The notes under the pieces are model-generated. The model ran no database searches, was not told the origin of the DNA, and saw only the letters and a list, made by a program, of their open reading frames with translations. The translations under genes and the position numbers were made by a program. 64,000 nt of DNA, from assembly GCA_965153455.1 (NCBI GenBank), contig OZ234493.1, forward strand, positions 6,748,213 to 6,812,212, read 5' to 3'. Each line of letters opens with the position of its first letter. Positions within the stretch are counted from its first letter, which is position 1. The stretch comes from Sphagnum compactum. Lineage: Eukaryota. Shown here one piece after another: positions 1 through 11,625 of this stretch.

Positions 1-1190
1 ACCATAAAATTCGGCCATTGTCACATTGTAATGCTTTCTTTGAAGCTCAGATTCTTCCGCATGGTCTTCATCCAAATCTGCATTAGCAACAACACCATTG
101 AGCGAAACATTCGGATGCCATCCATCCTCACCGTAAGGAAATAGCAACGGATAATGTAGAGCCATGTATTCCACATGTAGTTCGGAAATGCACTGAAACG
201 GGCCAGCTTGTTGAGCAAGGATGACGTCACGTCTATCTATAGCCTCAGAACCATCTCCTACCATCAATGTAGCGACTTCATCGGCCGTCGACACATTATA
301 TCGACGGGCATCCTTTGTTCGAGATGCAATGAGACGCAATTTCAAATCCATGGGAACACCTTCTGTTGCCATCATATCCCTTGCCATTTTGAACACTTCG
401 ACATAGGGATTGATATTGTGCATCATGGTCAACAACCGATTCAACGTCGTTGGATCAAGCGATGGCATAATGGCATGGCGGTTTTGATGTTCGCATTTTG
501 TATCATGAATGTACGACTGTGCAAACTGTGGACGTTGTCCTTCGACAGGACATAAGGATCCGATTTTGTGATAAAGCTCACCTTGAATGCGAAAGGAGGA
601 CGGTCCAGGGCCTCTTGTTACCGACTCATTAACTTTGGCCCCGAGCGAAGTGAATGCCAACACCGAATTGTACATGCGAATCTAATCTCGAAATTTGACG
701 GCACCGTTCTCTTTGCTGGTTAAAAGAACTTCTAGCTCTTGCGGTGTTGCAGGAAGACTCAGCAACAAAACTTTGCCACTCTCGTAACATAAAGAAAATT
801 GTGGGTTATTGTAGCTCGACTTTGCCAATCGTTTTTTGATCCACATTTTCACGTTGTAGAATCCATATATTGTGTCCATTTCTCCACAATCCCATCATCC
901 CAGAGCTAACGCATCTTCGTCTCCAAACAATTGCAATGCGTCATTGCCAAGAGAAGGCTGTGCACGTGCTGCCACTTTTTGTACGGTTCGTCGTTCTCGA
1001 CATAGACAATTACTTCGCTCTTGCAACGTTTCAGATGGCCCGGCCGACTTTGTACGTTGCCTAGCACGTCGTTATCTGTGTAAGCGATTACAACGTTCAT
1101 GTGCAGATTCTGACGTGTCTTAATTGAATTCTGCTGGAACATCAATATGTGGAACAAAATTTTCCAAAGAGTCAATTTGCTCGTCATTCT
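1..1190 (-). mobile_element. Decayed Helitron Rep/helicase N-terminal coding region; runs off the left edge of the window
   Basis: Minus-strand translation gives typical Helitron motifs: FSLCYESGKVLL, FRD*IRMYNSVLAFTSLGAKV, SFRIQGELYHKIGSLCP, RPQFAQSYIHDT and YMALHYPLLFPYGEDG. The frame is broken by stops and frameshifts. Confidence 0.9.
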
Positions 1191-3199
1191 GCTGAGCTTC
1201 TAGCTGCTGTTGAAGGGCCGCCAAAACAACCAAAGCATTACCATGTTGCGCAATGAGTGCACACATACGTTCTTGTATGTCTTCGAGCATTATGGAGAAT
1301 ATATGTTAAGTTTGTTGCTAATATTGATATCAAAGTCTTGGAAGGGGGTCTCTCCTGCACTCTTGTCTGCTCGTGTCGTGTGTGCATGTATACCTTTTTT
1401 GATGTATTTGTTGCCCTACCTATTAGCTAGACTGCTTGTTTTATTTTGCTTCAAACTCACCCTCGTAGGATCAGTCTCCCCCTTGTTTACACAAAACACT
1501 CCTCGTGGTGTGACCATAGAAAGTGGGTCAAACTTATCCAAATATATCTCCACGGACAGCCTCATCCTGGCCCACATCAATAACACAAAAACACTGTCAG
1601 CTTTCTAGTGTAAGTCTGAGCCAGCCTTTTTATTTATTGGAAAAATTTCGCAGAAAAGTGAATTGAAAAATTGAAAAATTGAAAAAGAAGTGTTTATGAG
1701 GGGAAAAATAGTAAATAGTAATACTATTTAAAAATTTGGATCACATAAGGTTTCAATCTTTTTGAAAAATTTAGACTCATGAGTTAATAATTTCATTGGC
1801 AAAGTAATACCCCTGGTTATCAATTTACTTGAGTTTTTTTTTAAATAATACATTATGCTTACAGGTCAGTTTTCAAATACTCACCTTGCAAACCACAAGT
1901 TATATCTCGACTCATGAAAAGCCAAGGTAACATGTGCAAAGGATTGGAGTAATGACAAAGCTGCCAAATGAAGAAGGGAAAAACCTTGCCAAAAATATTT
2001 TTAGACACTGAAGAAGGATTCAGGGGAAGCTCATTTCTTGAGTCTTTTTCGATCTCAAACTTCCGACAAAGTGTTATACAATGCATTGAATCAAATCCCC
2101 CACATGCATAGCTCTACTTTCTTTTCTGTGTCTCTCAATTGCAATTCCGCTCCTTGTCGAACTAAGTCTCTCTTACTGTGAGCTCCGGAGTACGCAATAA
2201 CACACGCACACAGAGGGTATTGCCCAGAGGCAGAGCAAGTGCAAGAGAGAGAGAAAAAAGGAGAGAACGCTGGAGAGAGAGAAAGAGAGAGCCTAAAAGA
2301 ATCCCACAAACTTCCTGATTTTAGTCAATTCAGAACCTTGCACATACCCACTGCCAAAAAACCGCAAAAACTTCTTCCCTTTTCACAATTTCTCTGTCTG
2401 TGTCTTCTGTGCCTCGGCGTGTGTGCGTGTGTGTGCACTCCCAAGAGATTCTTGTCAACTACCCATGCACACGAAATGTGACAATCAGCTTTCTTCTCTG
2501 TGCGTCTATGAAACTTAAAAGCCAATTCTTTCTCCTAGCTTCTTCCAAAAAAAAAATTGAGAAAAATTCTTAAGAATCTTTCTTTCTTTCATTCTCTTCC
2601 GTCCCGTTCTCAATCTCCTCTATCTGAAGCTCTGGAGCTCTTCTCTCGCACTGGAGCGTGCGTTTGCACTCCCTGTGGAGTTGCCTGCAACAGGAGGAGC
2701 AGTAGCAGGCGCTTCTTCTTCTACATCTCGTGTTCTCCCTCCCGCCACTATTATACCAGGAAGGCCTATAACAAATCTACAATAAATGAAGATTTGGTGC
2801 CACGATTAAATATACCAGGGATGAAGATTCTGTAAATATCCGCTACTTCTTGTTAGATCGTATTCTCCTCCCCCCCCACCAGGTTTCTAATCTACAATAT
2901 ATGAAGATTATGCATATGTATGTACCAGTGATGTAGGTTCTACCACTCTCTGCCACACAAAGCCTTTTTCCTTCTTTACTCCTTTGTCAACCACACAAAA
3001 GCTCACAAATCTACCATTCTAAAAGATATAAGTTCACTCTCAAATCTTCGCCACATATAAGTTCACTCTCATCCGTATCTAAATAAGGACATGGATGGAG
3101 GGCCATTCCTGGTTTATTTCCTTCCCATTCTTGGTGGGCAGAAAGCTGCAGTGTCAGACTCAATAGAGGGATGGTGTGCAGCCGGCAACCTTGGAGCTT

Positions 3200-3310
3200 C
3201 CAGGGTGTCGATTCGCATGGACGACCGGACGGATGGACAGAGGGACAACGGGACGGATTCAGGGGAAGCTTCATTTCATCCCGACATCCTTTATTTACAA
3301 TATATATCGA
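3200..3310 (-). mobile_element. Helitron-like 5' terminal sequence
   Basis: Minus strand begins TCGATATATATTGTAAATAAAGGATGTCGGGATGAAATGAAGCTT. It shares an exact 19-mer (GATGTCGGGATGAAATGAA, 3270-3288 vs 41583-41601) and TCCATCCGTCC-type motifs with the 5' end of the element at 41522. Confidence 0.6.
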
Positions 3311-4264
3311 GGGCACCTTGTATCCATGAATTTCCCTCTAATAAAAATTAGGATGGATATTATGCTTACTCCTCAAGGGTGGGAGGGAAATTATGCCTAC
3401 TTAGAGATGTAAGAACCCTCCCACTATTGAGGACCGGACATAAGAACCCTGTGGTTAATATTCCTTGGGATCTACAGAGGTTTGGTTCATGGTAAATTTT
3501 GCCTCGTGCTTTATGCTAGGGAAAGCCCATGGGTAGGGGACATTCTCAAAATGTGGAACGGGATTAGGCTATCACCTGGTTGTAGGCCCCTTATTTTGAG
3601 AATGCCCCACCCTGGGGACGAGAATATTACAGTAAAATATTTTCCTTTACCCTACACAGCCAACTTCCAAGTTTGAACCAGTGTTGGGCGGATATCCTGA
3701 AAATCCACATATTGCTCAGGATATCACTTTTGAAATCCTCTGGATATCAAAATTTGTGATATTCGAAGTGATATCATTATCTCTGGATATCAAAATAATC
3801 ATATCTGGTCATATAATATCCGAACAAAATTATTTTTTTTGTTGAAAATATGATATCCAAGGCGGATATTAAATCCATGCCCGAATATGGATACGAAAGG
3901 GATTTAGGTTTAGGGTGTAGGTTGTAAGGGGGATCAAAACAAAACTACGGGTGCCACTATAGGCCATAAAAAAAACAAGAACCCTAAATCTAGAATAAAA
4001 TGGGGCTCGAGCTTAGCTCCGACCCCACTTTCTCCTTTCTCCTTCTCCTCGTGCTCTACTCTCCTTCGCGCTGTTGTTTTCTTTTTTATGTTGTTATTCT
4101 CCTTTTCGTGTTGTTGCTATTTTCTTTGCCCTGTTGTTTTCCTCATCGTGTTGTTGCTCTCTTATTCACATTGCTTGGCTTTCCTCTTCGTGCTACTCCT
4201 CTCCTCTTCGTCTATTCTTCTATTTCAGGTACAAGGTTTTTCGTGCTATTCTACTCTCCTCACT

Positions 4265-4424
4265 ATGTTGTTGTTGGTGTGTTGTTATTTGTTGAAGAAT
4301 CTTGTACTACCCCCTCATTCCTTCTTGCAGGAATTGGGAGTGGTATGTTGTTGTTGGTGTGTTGTTATTTGTTGAAGAATTTTGTACTACCCCCTTCATT
4401 CCTTCTTACAGAAATTGGGAGTGG
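4265..4424 (+). repeat. ~80-bp tandem duplication inside the hAT element
   Basis: TATGTTGTTGTTGGTGTGTTGTTATTTGTTGAAGAAT...AATTGGGAGTGG occurs twice back to back. Confidence 0.85.
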
Positions 4425-4949
4425 TCGGGAGTCAAGAATTGAAAACCTATATTTTTTCAGTAAGTATTTTTCGCATTGCTTATTTCCACTTTTTAATTGT
4501 TTTATCTCATGTCTTTTGTTCCTTTGTTTTTTTTTGTTTTACGCTTTGGTTTGTGGTGCAGGGCTTGTTATAAATTTTTTTGGAGACAAACATGAACCTT
4601 TGTACTTTTGACAATTTTATCTTTGTTTACTTGTTTTGCAGTATTCTTGTATTGCTTGCTTGTAAATGTTTTGCATCATATTTAGTTGTGCATAAAAGCA
4701 TTATCATCACATCACACAACAAAACCTTGTATTTGTTTCTTTAGTTTCTCCACCATTTGGCCTTATAGAACAGTTGTGAAAGATGGAAGGGTCAAATGAA
4801 TTAATAATCAAATAATGTAAATTAAAGAATATATAATATGCATAAATGATGAAACTAAAGTTAGTCAAGTAGTGAAGAAAGTGAAAATCCAAGTCTGCAA
4901 ATTGAAGTAAATAAAGTGTCATGAAAGTCTATTGATGAGAAAACTAAAC

Positions 4950-7220
4950 AGATTTTGCAACAATTGCAAACTCAAAGAAAAAAATGCATCCCCATAATAG
5001 AAATGCAATTTGTTGGTTTTTTTTATTGTGTTAATGATAACTCAAAAATAAACTTGGATGTTCCTCAAATGAGGCGATGTTTGTTGTGTCATTTTCAACC
5101 AGTTATTTTTGTGAATTCAAGAAAACAATTAAGGAAAGGTCTAATAACATGTTATAAAACAAGTGGCATAACATGTATGCAGAAACATCTTGATGCAAAT
5201 CATTCAACAATTTATAAAAGGTTTTTAAAAAATAATAATAATTAAAAGAAAAAATATATAGAGAGATAATCTACAAAGAAAGGTCTCTTATTTCCAATTC
5301 TTCCATATTTGAATTTTTTGCTTCAAAAGATCCCTTCAAAAAGGATGATGTGGAACAAAAAATGTTTGTGGAAAATCTTACACTTTCAATAGTGAAAAAT
5401 CATTTGCCTTTACAATTTGTGGAAAATGTGTGGTTAAAGTGTTTAATGTTATAATTATGTCCTCATGTGCAATTCCTTTCTCGAAAATTATTTTCAAACA
5501 TTGTTTTGCCTAAATTGGTGGAGAAAATTAAGGAACCATATATTTTGCCTTTGCTAAATGATTGTAGTTGTGCTACCACCAATTTTGATTTGTGGATGTC
5601 CAAGGGTGCACATGATGTGTTTATCTTGATCATAATTTTTTGGGATCTGATTGGAAACCAAAACATGTTATTATTGGTTTGTTTGAAGCTGTTGAAACTA
5701 CAGGACAAGCGTTGGCTATAAATTTTACTAATCTTTTAGATGCATATGGCTTGAGAAATAAGATCATAGCATGTGTGAAGGATGAAGGTTCAAATTTAAA
5801 TACATTGACTAATGTTTTGAAGTTTGTTGTTAAATATGAAACTTTAAATTTGGAAGAAATCTTTCAGGGAACCTGTTTTGGTCATGTTTTTTCCAAAGTG
5901 TGCCGATATGCCACAACCGATGACAAAGTTTGTAAGAACTTGAAATATGTGTATATTAAATCTACTCAAGCAAATTTACAAAAATGCATTATTTGGCCAA
6001 AAACATTTAGTAAAGGTCATCAAGAATGGAATAGAGCTTACATTAAAGCTAGTTTGAGACCTAGGAAACTAAACACTCTTTTGAAAACAATGTTAGTTTG
6101 GTTTTCAAACATTTAATTTTTGCTCCATTTTTGCAAGTCTATTATTTCTAGTTTATTTTATTTATACGTTTTTTTGTTGATCCTTGATCTACTTCTACAG
6201 GTTACAAGTAAAATCATCCTATTTCAAGAAGCATTAGAATTTAAGGCAACAATTGTCCTATGTTATAATCAACAAACTACAATGAAGGTTACTGGCCTTC
6301 CATCTTTAACTTGGCACATATCTCAAATAATTATTGATGTTTTGTCTTCAATTGTAAATGCTTACGTGTTGAACCAATCTCGTGGGCATTGGTTATTTTT
6401 TTATGTTTTGAATGTAACAATCATTATGAGCCTGAAACTTAAAGAAAAATATGAAATTTCACTTAGCTTGTAGGATTTGATTGATGATGATTCTATTGTA
6501 GCCCAGGAATTATCATTGTTTGCATCTAACATTAGAAGAGAAGTATGTGACATTTTAGATGATTTTCTATCATTATTAAAAAAGTGAGAAAAAAAACACA
6601 TAACATCATGTCCCTGATGTTAAACCCTACATTTAAAAATCTGATATTGGTTTCATCTCTTATTGGTTGAGAGCAAGTTGTTTCCATTGTGGAAGAGTAT
6701 GACCAACGATCCTTATTTACTATGCTTTTGAGATGCTATCACATCCTCCACCCTATGGCAAAATTTGGACTTGTGGCAAATATGCAAATTGATGAAGAAA
6801 GTAATTTGGACATTTTTGAGATGTTTACTAAAACCAATGAGCCAACAAAAGAGGTGGTGAACAAAGAGTTGCTAATGTTTAGAAGGTTTCAAGTGGATGT
6901 CAAGGACATTAAATGTCCTTTAGAGTGGTGGGCAAAACACGAGTCTTTATTTCCAATTGTGGTATTTCTTGTTCATCAAATTCTTGGCATTGTTGGTTCT
7001 CAAATAGAAACTAATTTTAAAAAGAAATTTGGTTGGAATTCTTACAAATTTGAGGAGATGTCACTTACAATCAAATAATTTAGATAAGATAATTTTTGTA
7101 AGTAAAAATTGACCTAATGATCCTAATGTGGGTTGTAGTTCACCTTCTAATTCGATAGAGTTGACTGAGGCCGACCTTGCCTCAGAAAAAGAATTAGAAC
7201 AATATGAAGGTGAATTTGAA
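4950..7220 (+). pseudogene. hAT transposase pseudogene
   Basis: Fragments: BED-like CLLCH...KHLDANH, TNFDLWMSKG, IIACVKDEGSN, CFGHVFSK, and C-terminal dimerisation region PLEWWAKHESLFP...ILGIVGSQIE. Multiple stops and frameshifts. Confidence 0.9.
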
Positions 7221-8322
7221 TGAGATGAACTTTTGAACTTGTAATTTGTAAAAAAAATTTAAAAAAATTGTTTGTCTTATTATCCGGAATGCTAGGTTAC
7301 TTGATGAATATTAATGGTGACGAATATCCAATCATACTGAAATTCGGCAGTAGATTTATATATATTTTTGATATCCTTAAAGGGTATTACAATTGATTTT
7401 TAAAATAAAAATAAAAATAAACAAAACTGGCAGATTTAAAAACAAAAAAGGTTATATCCACCCAACACTGGTTTGAACCGCCATTATCACAAGGAGCACT
7501 TGATGAGTCAGATATCTTTGTTAAAGTGAACCCTAAGAAATCCAAAGAGCAATCACAACTAGTGGAATGACTTGACAAGCAGGAGACTTTAGTGTTCGTG
7601 GAATGTTCCTAGGCTTGTCGGAAGGGTTTCATGCTTTCTTGGTAACTATGTCAAATTGTTTCTTACACAAGCTCCAGCACTAGGAGTATGATTAGCTTGG
7701 TGGAGTGTTATGCAAGGTTTGTTCAAAGGGTTGATGCTTTGAACTTTGTTGTGAAGTTTTAGTTAAGAGGCATCATCCCCTCCTCTTGTGTTTGGCTTCT
7801 TTGACAACCTTAAAGCTTTTTGCATCAATTTGCGCACTAGGATGCAAAAATGTCTCTTGGTGGAGTGTAGAAGGTTTTATGTTAGTTAACTCTTGAAGGG
7901 TTCATGTTTTTCTCAGTTTTCCAGTGGAAGTTGTGGTCAAATTCCTATTCTGGTTCTTGAGTTTGTCAAAAATTGATCATGTCACAAACTTGCAATTGAA
8001 GAATGAGGAGATTGTTGATCTACCATCCTCATATATTGAAATGGACCCAAAAGCGTTGAGAAACCAAGAGTGGGGTTCTGTTTTATCGTTGCTATTTTAG
8101 ATTCTGTCTTCTTTCTTTGGTTTTGGAGTTCTTGTCAGCCAGAAAGTTATTGTTTCTATTTTGGATTCATGGAGTTCTTTCATCTCCTTTGAACTCGACT
8201 ATTGCTATCGTTGTGGCTACAACGGTGCAACGATGATGATAGTTATATTTGGTGCCCAAGCCTTTTGAGGCACAAGAGCTTAGACAAATCTCACAGTTGG
8301 GATTGTGCTTTGACTCTCTAGC

Positions 8323-11300
8323 ATGAAAGTAGTAGCCCTCGCCTTTGTACAACTCTTGAGGTTAATAATGAACATCTTGGGCATTGTGGCCAAGGTCATG
8401 GCGGAAACTGGTAGTCGCTGGAATTCCAATTTCCTTTCCAGAATCATCGGAGTGGGGTCTTCTTCCAACCCAACAGAGTTCGAAAAACTCATAGCAACGA
8501 TTAAGGGGATCCATGACCTTGTTGATCATGGCGTTCAGCTCAACAAGCAGCTGTGTGGTTATGTAGACCAAAAGCTTTCAAAGTTGAAGGCTTCGTTAGA
8601 AAGTCGTTACAAAAGCTTTGTTAGTGCACCGGAGTCGGTGCCAAACGACGCGAAAATCGTTCTTAAAGAATTGTACTTGGTAGTGAAACGTGTGGAGGTT
8701 CTTGTGCAAAAGTGCACATTCAAAGAAGCCCGCGATCAATGGCTTGAGGTAGCGATAACCATGGCAAATGTAGGAGAGGATGTAGTAGAGATGGAACTTG
8801 ACCTGGCATGGTGGGTTAGTGTGCTGAAGGTTGCAGCCGACTCGAACATGGGAGAATCTGAACTTCTTAGCAAGGTAGAGAGCGCAATGAGAAAGCAAGC
8901 AACCCTGCTTGAGAAGCTGTCTAAAGAACTTAGTTCTTTACAAAGGGCTGCTAAAAGTGACAGGAAAGACCTACTTTCTAGGCTCGAGGAAGTGAAGAAG
9001 AGAGGTAACACCAACAGCCGCCAGTACGTTCTTGCTATCTATTTGTTGTCAAGAATGCAAGAAGGTCATGACCAGATTGCTCCAGAGGTAGCTGTGCAAT
9101 TGCAGCCTAAAAAGAAGGGCGAGTTTTTGGGCAGAGGTGGATACGGCGAAGTCCATGCGGCTACTTGGTTAGGGAACCAGGAGTGTGCATGGAAGGAACT
9201 TAAACATCAAGAGCTTGAGCACGAATACAGAATTTTGAGACGGTGCAGTCATCCACACATTCTTCAGTCCCTCTGGTTTTGGAAGGAGGAGGAGAAATCC
9301 CACATAATAATGCAGAGGATGCCTGAAGACCTTGACAAACATGTTTCTCGCAAAAAATTGGATTTACATGTGGCCATTGACGTCATGCTGCAAATAGCGA
9401 AGGCCATGCGCTATTTGCAGCATAACAAGATCGTCCACAGGGACCTCAAGCCTTCCAACGTTCTTGTGCAACCTGTCACTGAAAACTTTGGTGAATCCAG
9501 TTACATCCATGTGAAGCTAGCAGACTTCGGGACGGCAAAAGATTGCCTCAATAGCGCAACCTTCTCAGAACAAACTCCTAACCAGGGCACAACATTGTAT
9601 GCTGCACCTGAGGTGATTTTTGGGAAGCAAATGCCACAACCAGATGGAACTCCAAACTTTCCTCCCAAGGCGGATGTGTGGAGCTTCTCTATGGTTTGTT
9701 ACCAGCTTTTATCTGGTGAGAAGCCATTCCACCAGGAATCCAAGATTGGAACAATCCATGCTAAAATACAACATCCAAAATTTCGACCACTTTTTCCACA
9801 AGATTGTCCTGACTATATCAGCACCTGCATCAGCAGATGCTGGGAGCAATCTCCTGATAAGCGACCAACATTCTCTGACATTTGCACCAGCCTCAAGCTT
9901 GCAAAAGCATTCAGCTTGGGAATCACTTGTCTCCAACCTTGTATGCATTTGCTTTCACATAAGCAGCCAGACAACCAAGGAACCAGGTGATCACCTTACG
10001 AAATTCCTCAATCTATCAGTTCAATAACTGACTACTTGCATACAATTCATGCAATTTTGCTAGCACATTGAGCATGTCCATTGGTTAGTTCAAGATTGTT
10101 TCTGCTTGTTTGTGCATCATCAGTTGTGCTATAATTTGTCCCTTGATTTCAACTCTTTGTTGACATTGAAGGTGTGTACAAGTATGAAATTGTTAGTTGA
10201 AGCAGTTTGCGCAAGCTTTGGAAAAACTTGTAATCCAGTGTCTTCCCTTGTCACTGAACGTTGTTTTCGTTTGGCTTTATTTCCAGTGGTGAGGTGATAG
10301 CATCACCGCTACATAAAGCTATTCTTGGCGATGAAAGCATTACCAGAGTGCTTGTTGTGAGAAGTCCAAGGACAGGACTATTCATGAAGAATGTTTGCTT
10401 CAATGGTAACAGACCGAATTTGGAGTCAATTTCAGAGATTGGCTTGGATATCAACAAAGAGTGGGAGCATTGCAGAGCTTCACTCCGCATCCATGCTGCA
10501 AGCAAATGCATTGGCCAGAAAGGGTTGTTTGAACAGATTGACTCATTCTTGGCAGAAAGGAACTCACTGTTGACTTCCTCAAGGTGGCTTGCATCTTGGC
10601 AAGGGGACTTGAGAATTGAAGATTGCAGAAATTGGAGGACTTTCCAACAGGTGGAAAAAGTGAATAGGGTTCATGTTGTATGGCTCTTATATGAAGTGTC
10701 TGAAAGTATCGAATTTGAGTGGAAACATTTGAACGATATCTTGAAAAAATATGAAGTTCCACTCCAGATTCTGATTTTGACAAACCCTGAGAAGGACCCC
10801 ACTGGTGCGTTCTTGGAAAGGAATTTTCTGCGCAATCGTGGTTTCCTATTTCCAGATGTGTCCACATCATCTGGACAAGTTCACTTCATCACGATCCCAT
10901 CACACTGTTTGAGCAGCGAGATAGACATGGCAAAAGGTTATCAACAGCCATTTATGGATCACTTCCCCAATCAATCACCAAAGGACACGTTGTCTCTAAC
11001 ACAATTGGATCACAGGGCACTTTTGCGAAGCACAGAGGTAATCAAAACATTTTCCAGCATACAAAAGACAGCTCGCATCATCTGCAGGATTGCATCAATT
11101 TTGGGCAGGAAAGGAACCACCATTGACAAAGCACCCTTCATGAGGTTGACTGGGCGTTACACCTTAACTCAGTCAGGAATCTTCACCATAAAGTGCATGT
11201 GTAGGATCTGGGAGATTCCTCTGATCGAGGAAAGAAAAATTATGAGTAAATTTGCCTTGTGGGAATCCAATGGAACTGATCATGAACCCTCACATAGACC

Positions 11301-11625
11301 AGAGCAAAATGTGTCTTTGTCTCCATCATTTTCACTGAGCATCAAGGATGGGAGGTACCTCCCATTCACTGCATGCGCTGCACATGCAATTGTCTATTAT
11401 ATAGTTTTTAGAGGGTGGACTGCATCTGACAATCCAGATGAGTTTGATAGCTTTAATTCTAAACATAAGAAGCGGTTTGAGGAATTCTCACAGAAGTCTT
11501 CCAGTGGGATTCTTTCTCAATTATGGCAGAAATTCTCTGGCAGTTTTGATGAAACAGGTCTCAGACAGCAGTTACAGAAATCCCTTGAGGATTTTTACAT
11601 TGAGTGTACTACTCGGCACTCTTGA
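8323..11625 (+). CDS. MLKL-like protein: DUF1221/HeLo-like four-helix bundle + Ser/Thr/Tyr kinase + degenerate GTPase-like C-terminal domain. Exons 8323-9986 and 10287-11625, ~1000 aa; start codon uncertain (8323, 8368 or 8398)
   Basis: Kinase motifs GRGGYG, CAWK, HRDLKPSN, DFG, APE and DVWSF are present. The N-terminus (VQLNKQLC...LKELYLVVKRVEVLVQKC...WLEVAI) resembles plant MLKL/DUF1221 from memory. Donor AG|GTGATC at 9987 and acceptor TTTCCAG| at 10286 are both phase 2 and join the 555-aa and 454-aa ORFs in frame. Confidence 0.8.

Larger units (their letters stand above)
3679..7470 (+). mobile_element. Full-length, inactivated hAT-superfamily DNA transposon
   Basis: 17-bp TIRs CAGTGTTGGG(C/T)GGATAT with 1 mismatch. 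Perfect 8-bp TSD GTTTGAAC at 3671-3678 and 7471-7478. Subterminal GATATC repeats. Confidence 0.95.

Noticed and set aside
4000-4611. 203-aa hydrophobic ORF as a membrane protein
   Set aside because: It lies in the T-rich, internally duplicated subterminal region of the hAT element; the low-complexity L/F/V composition is an artefact.
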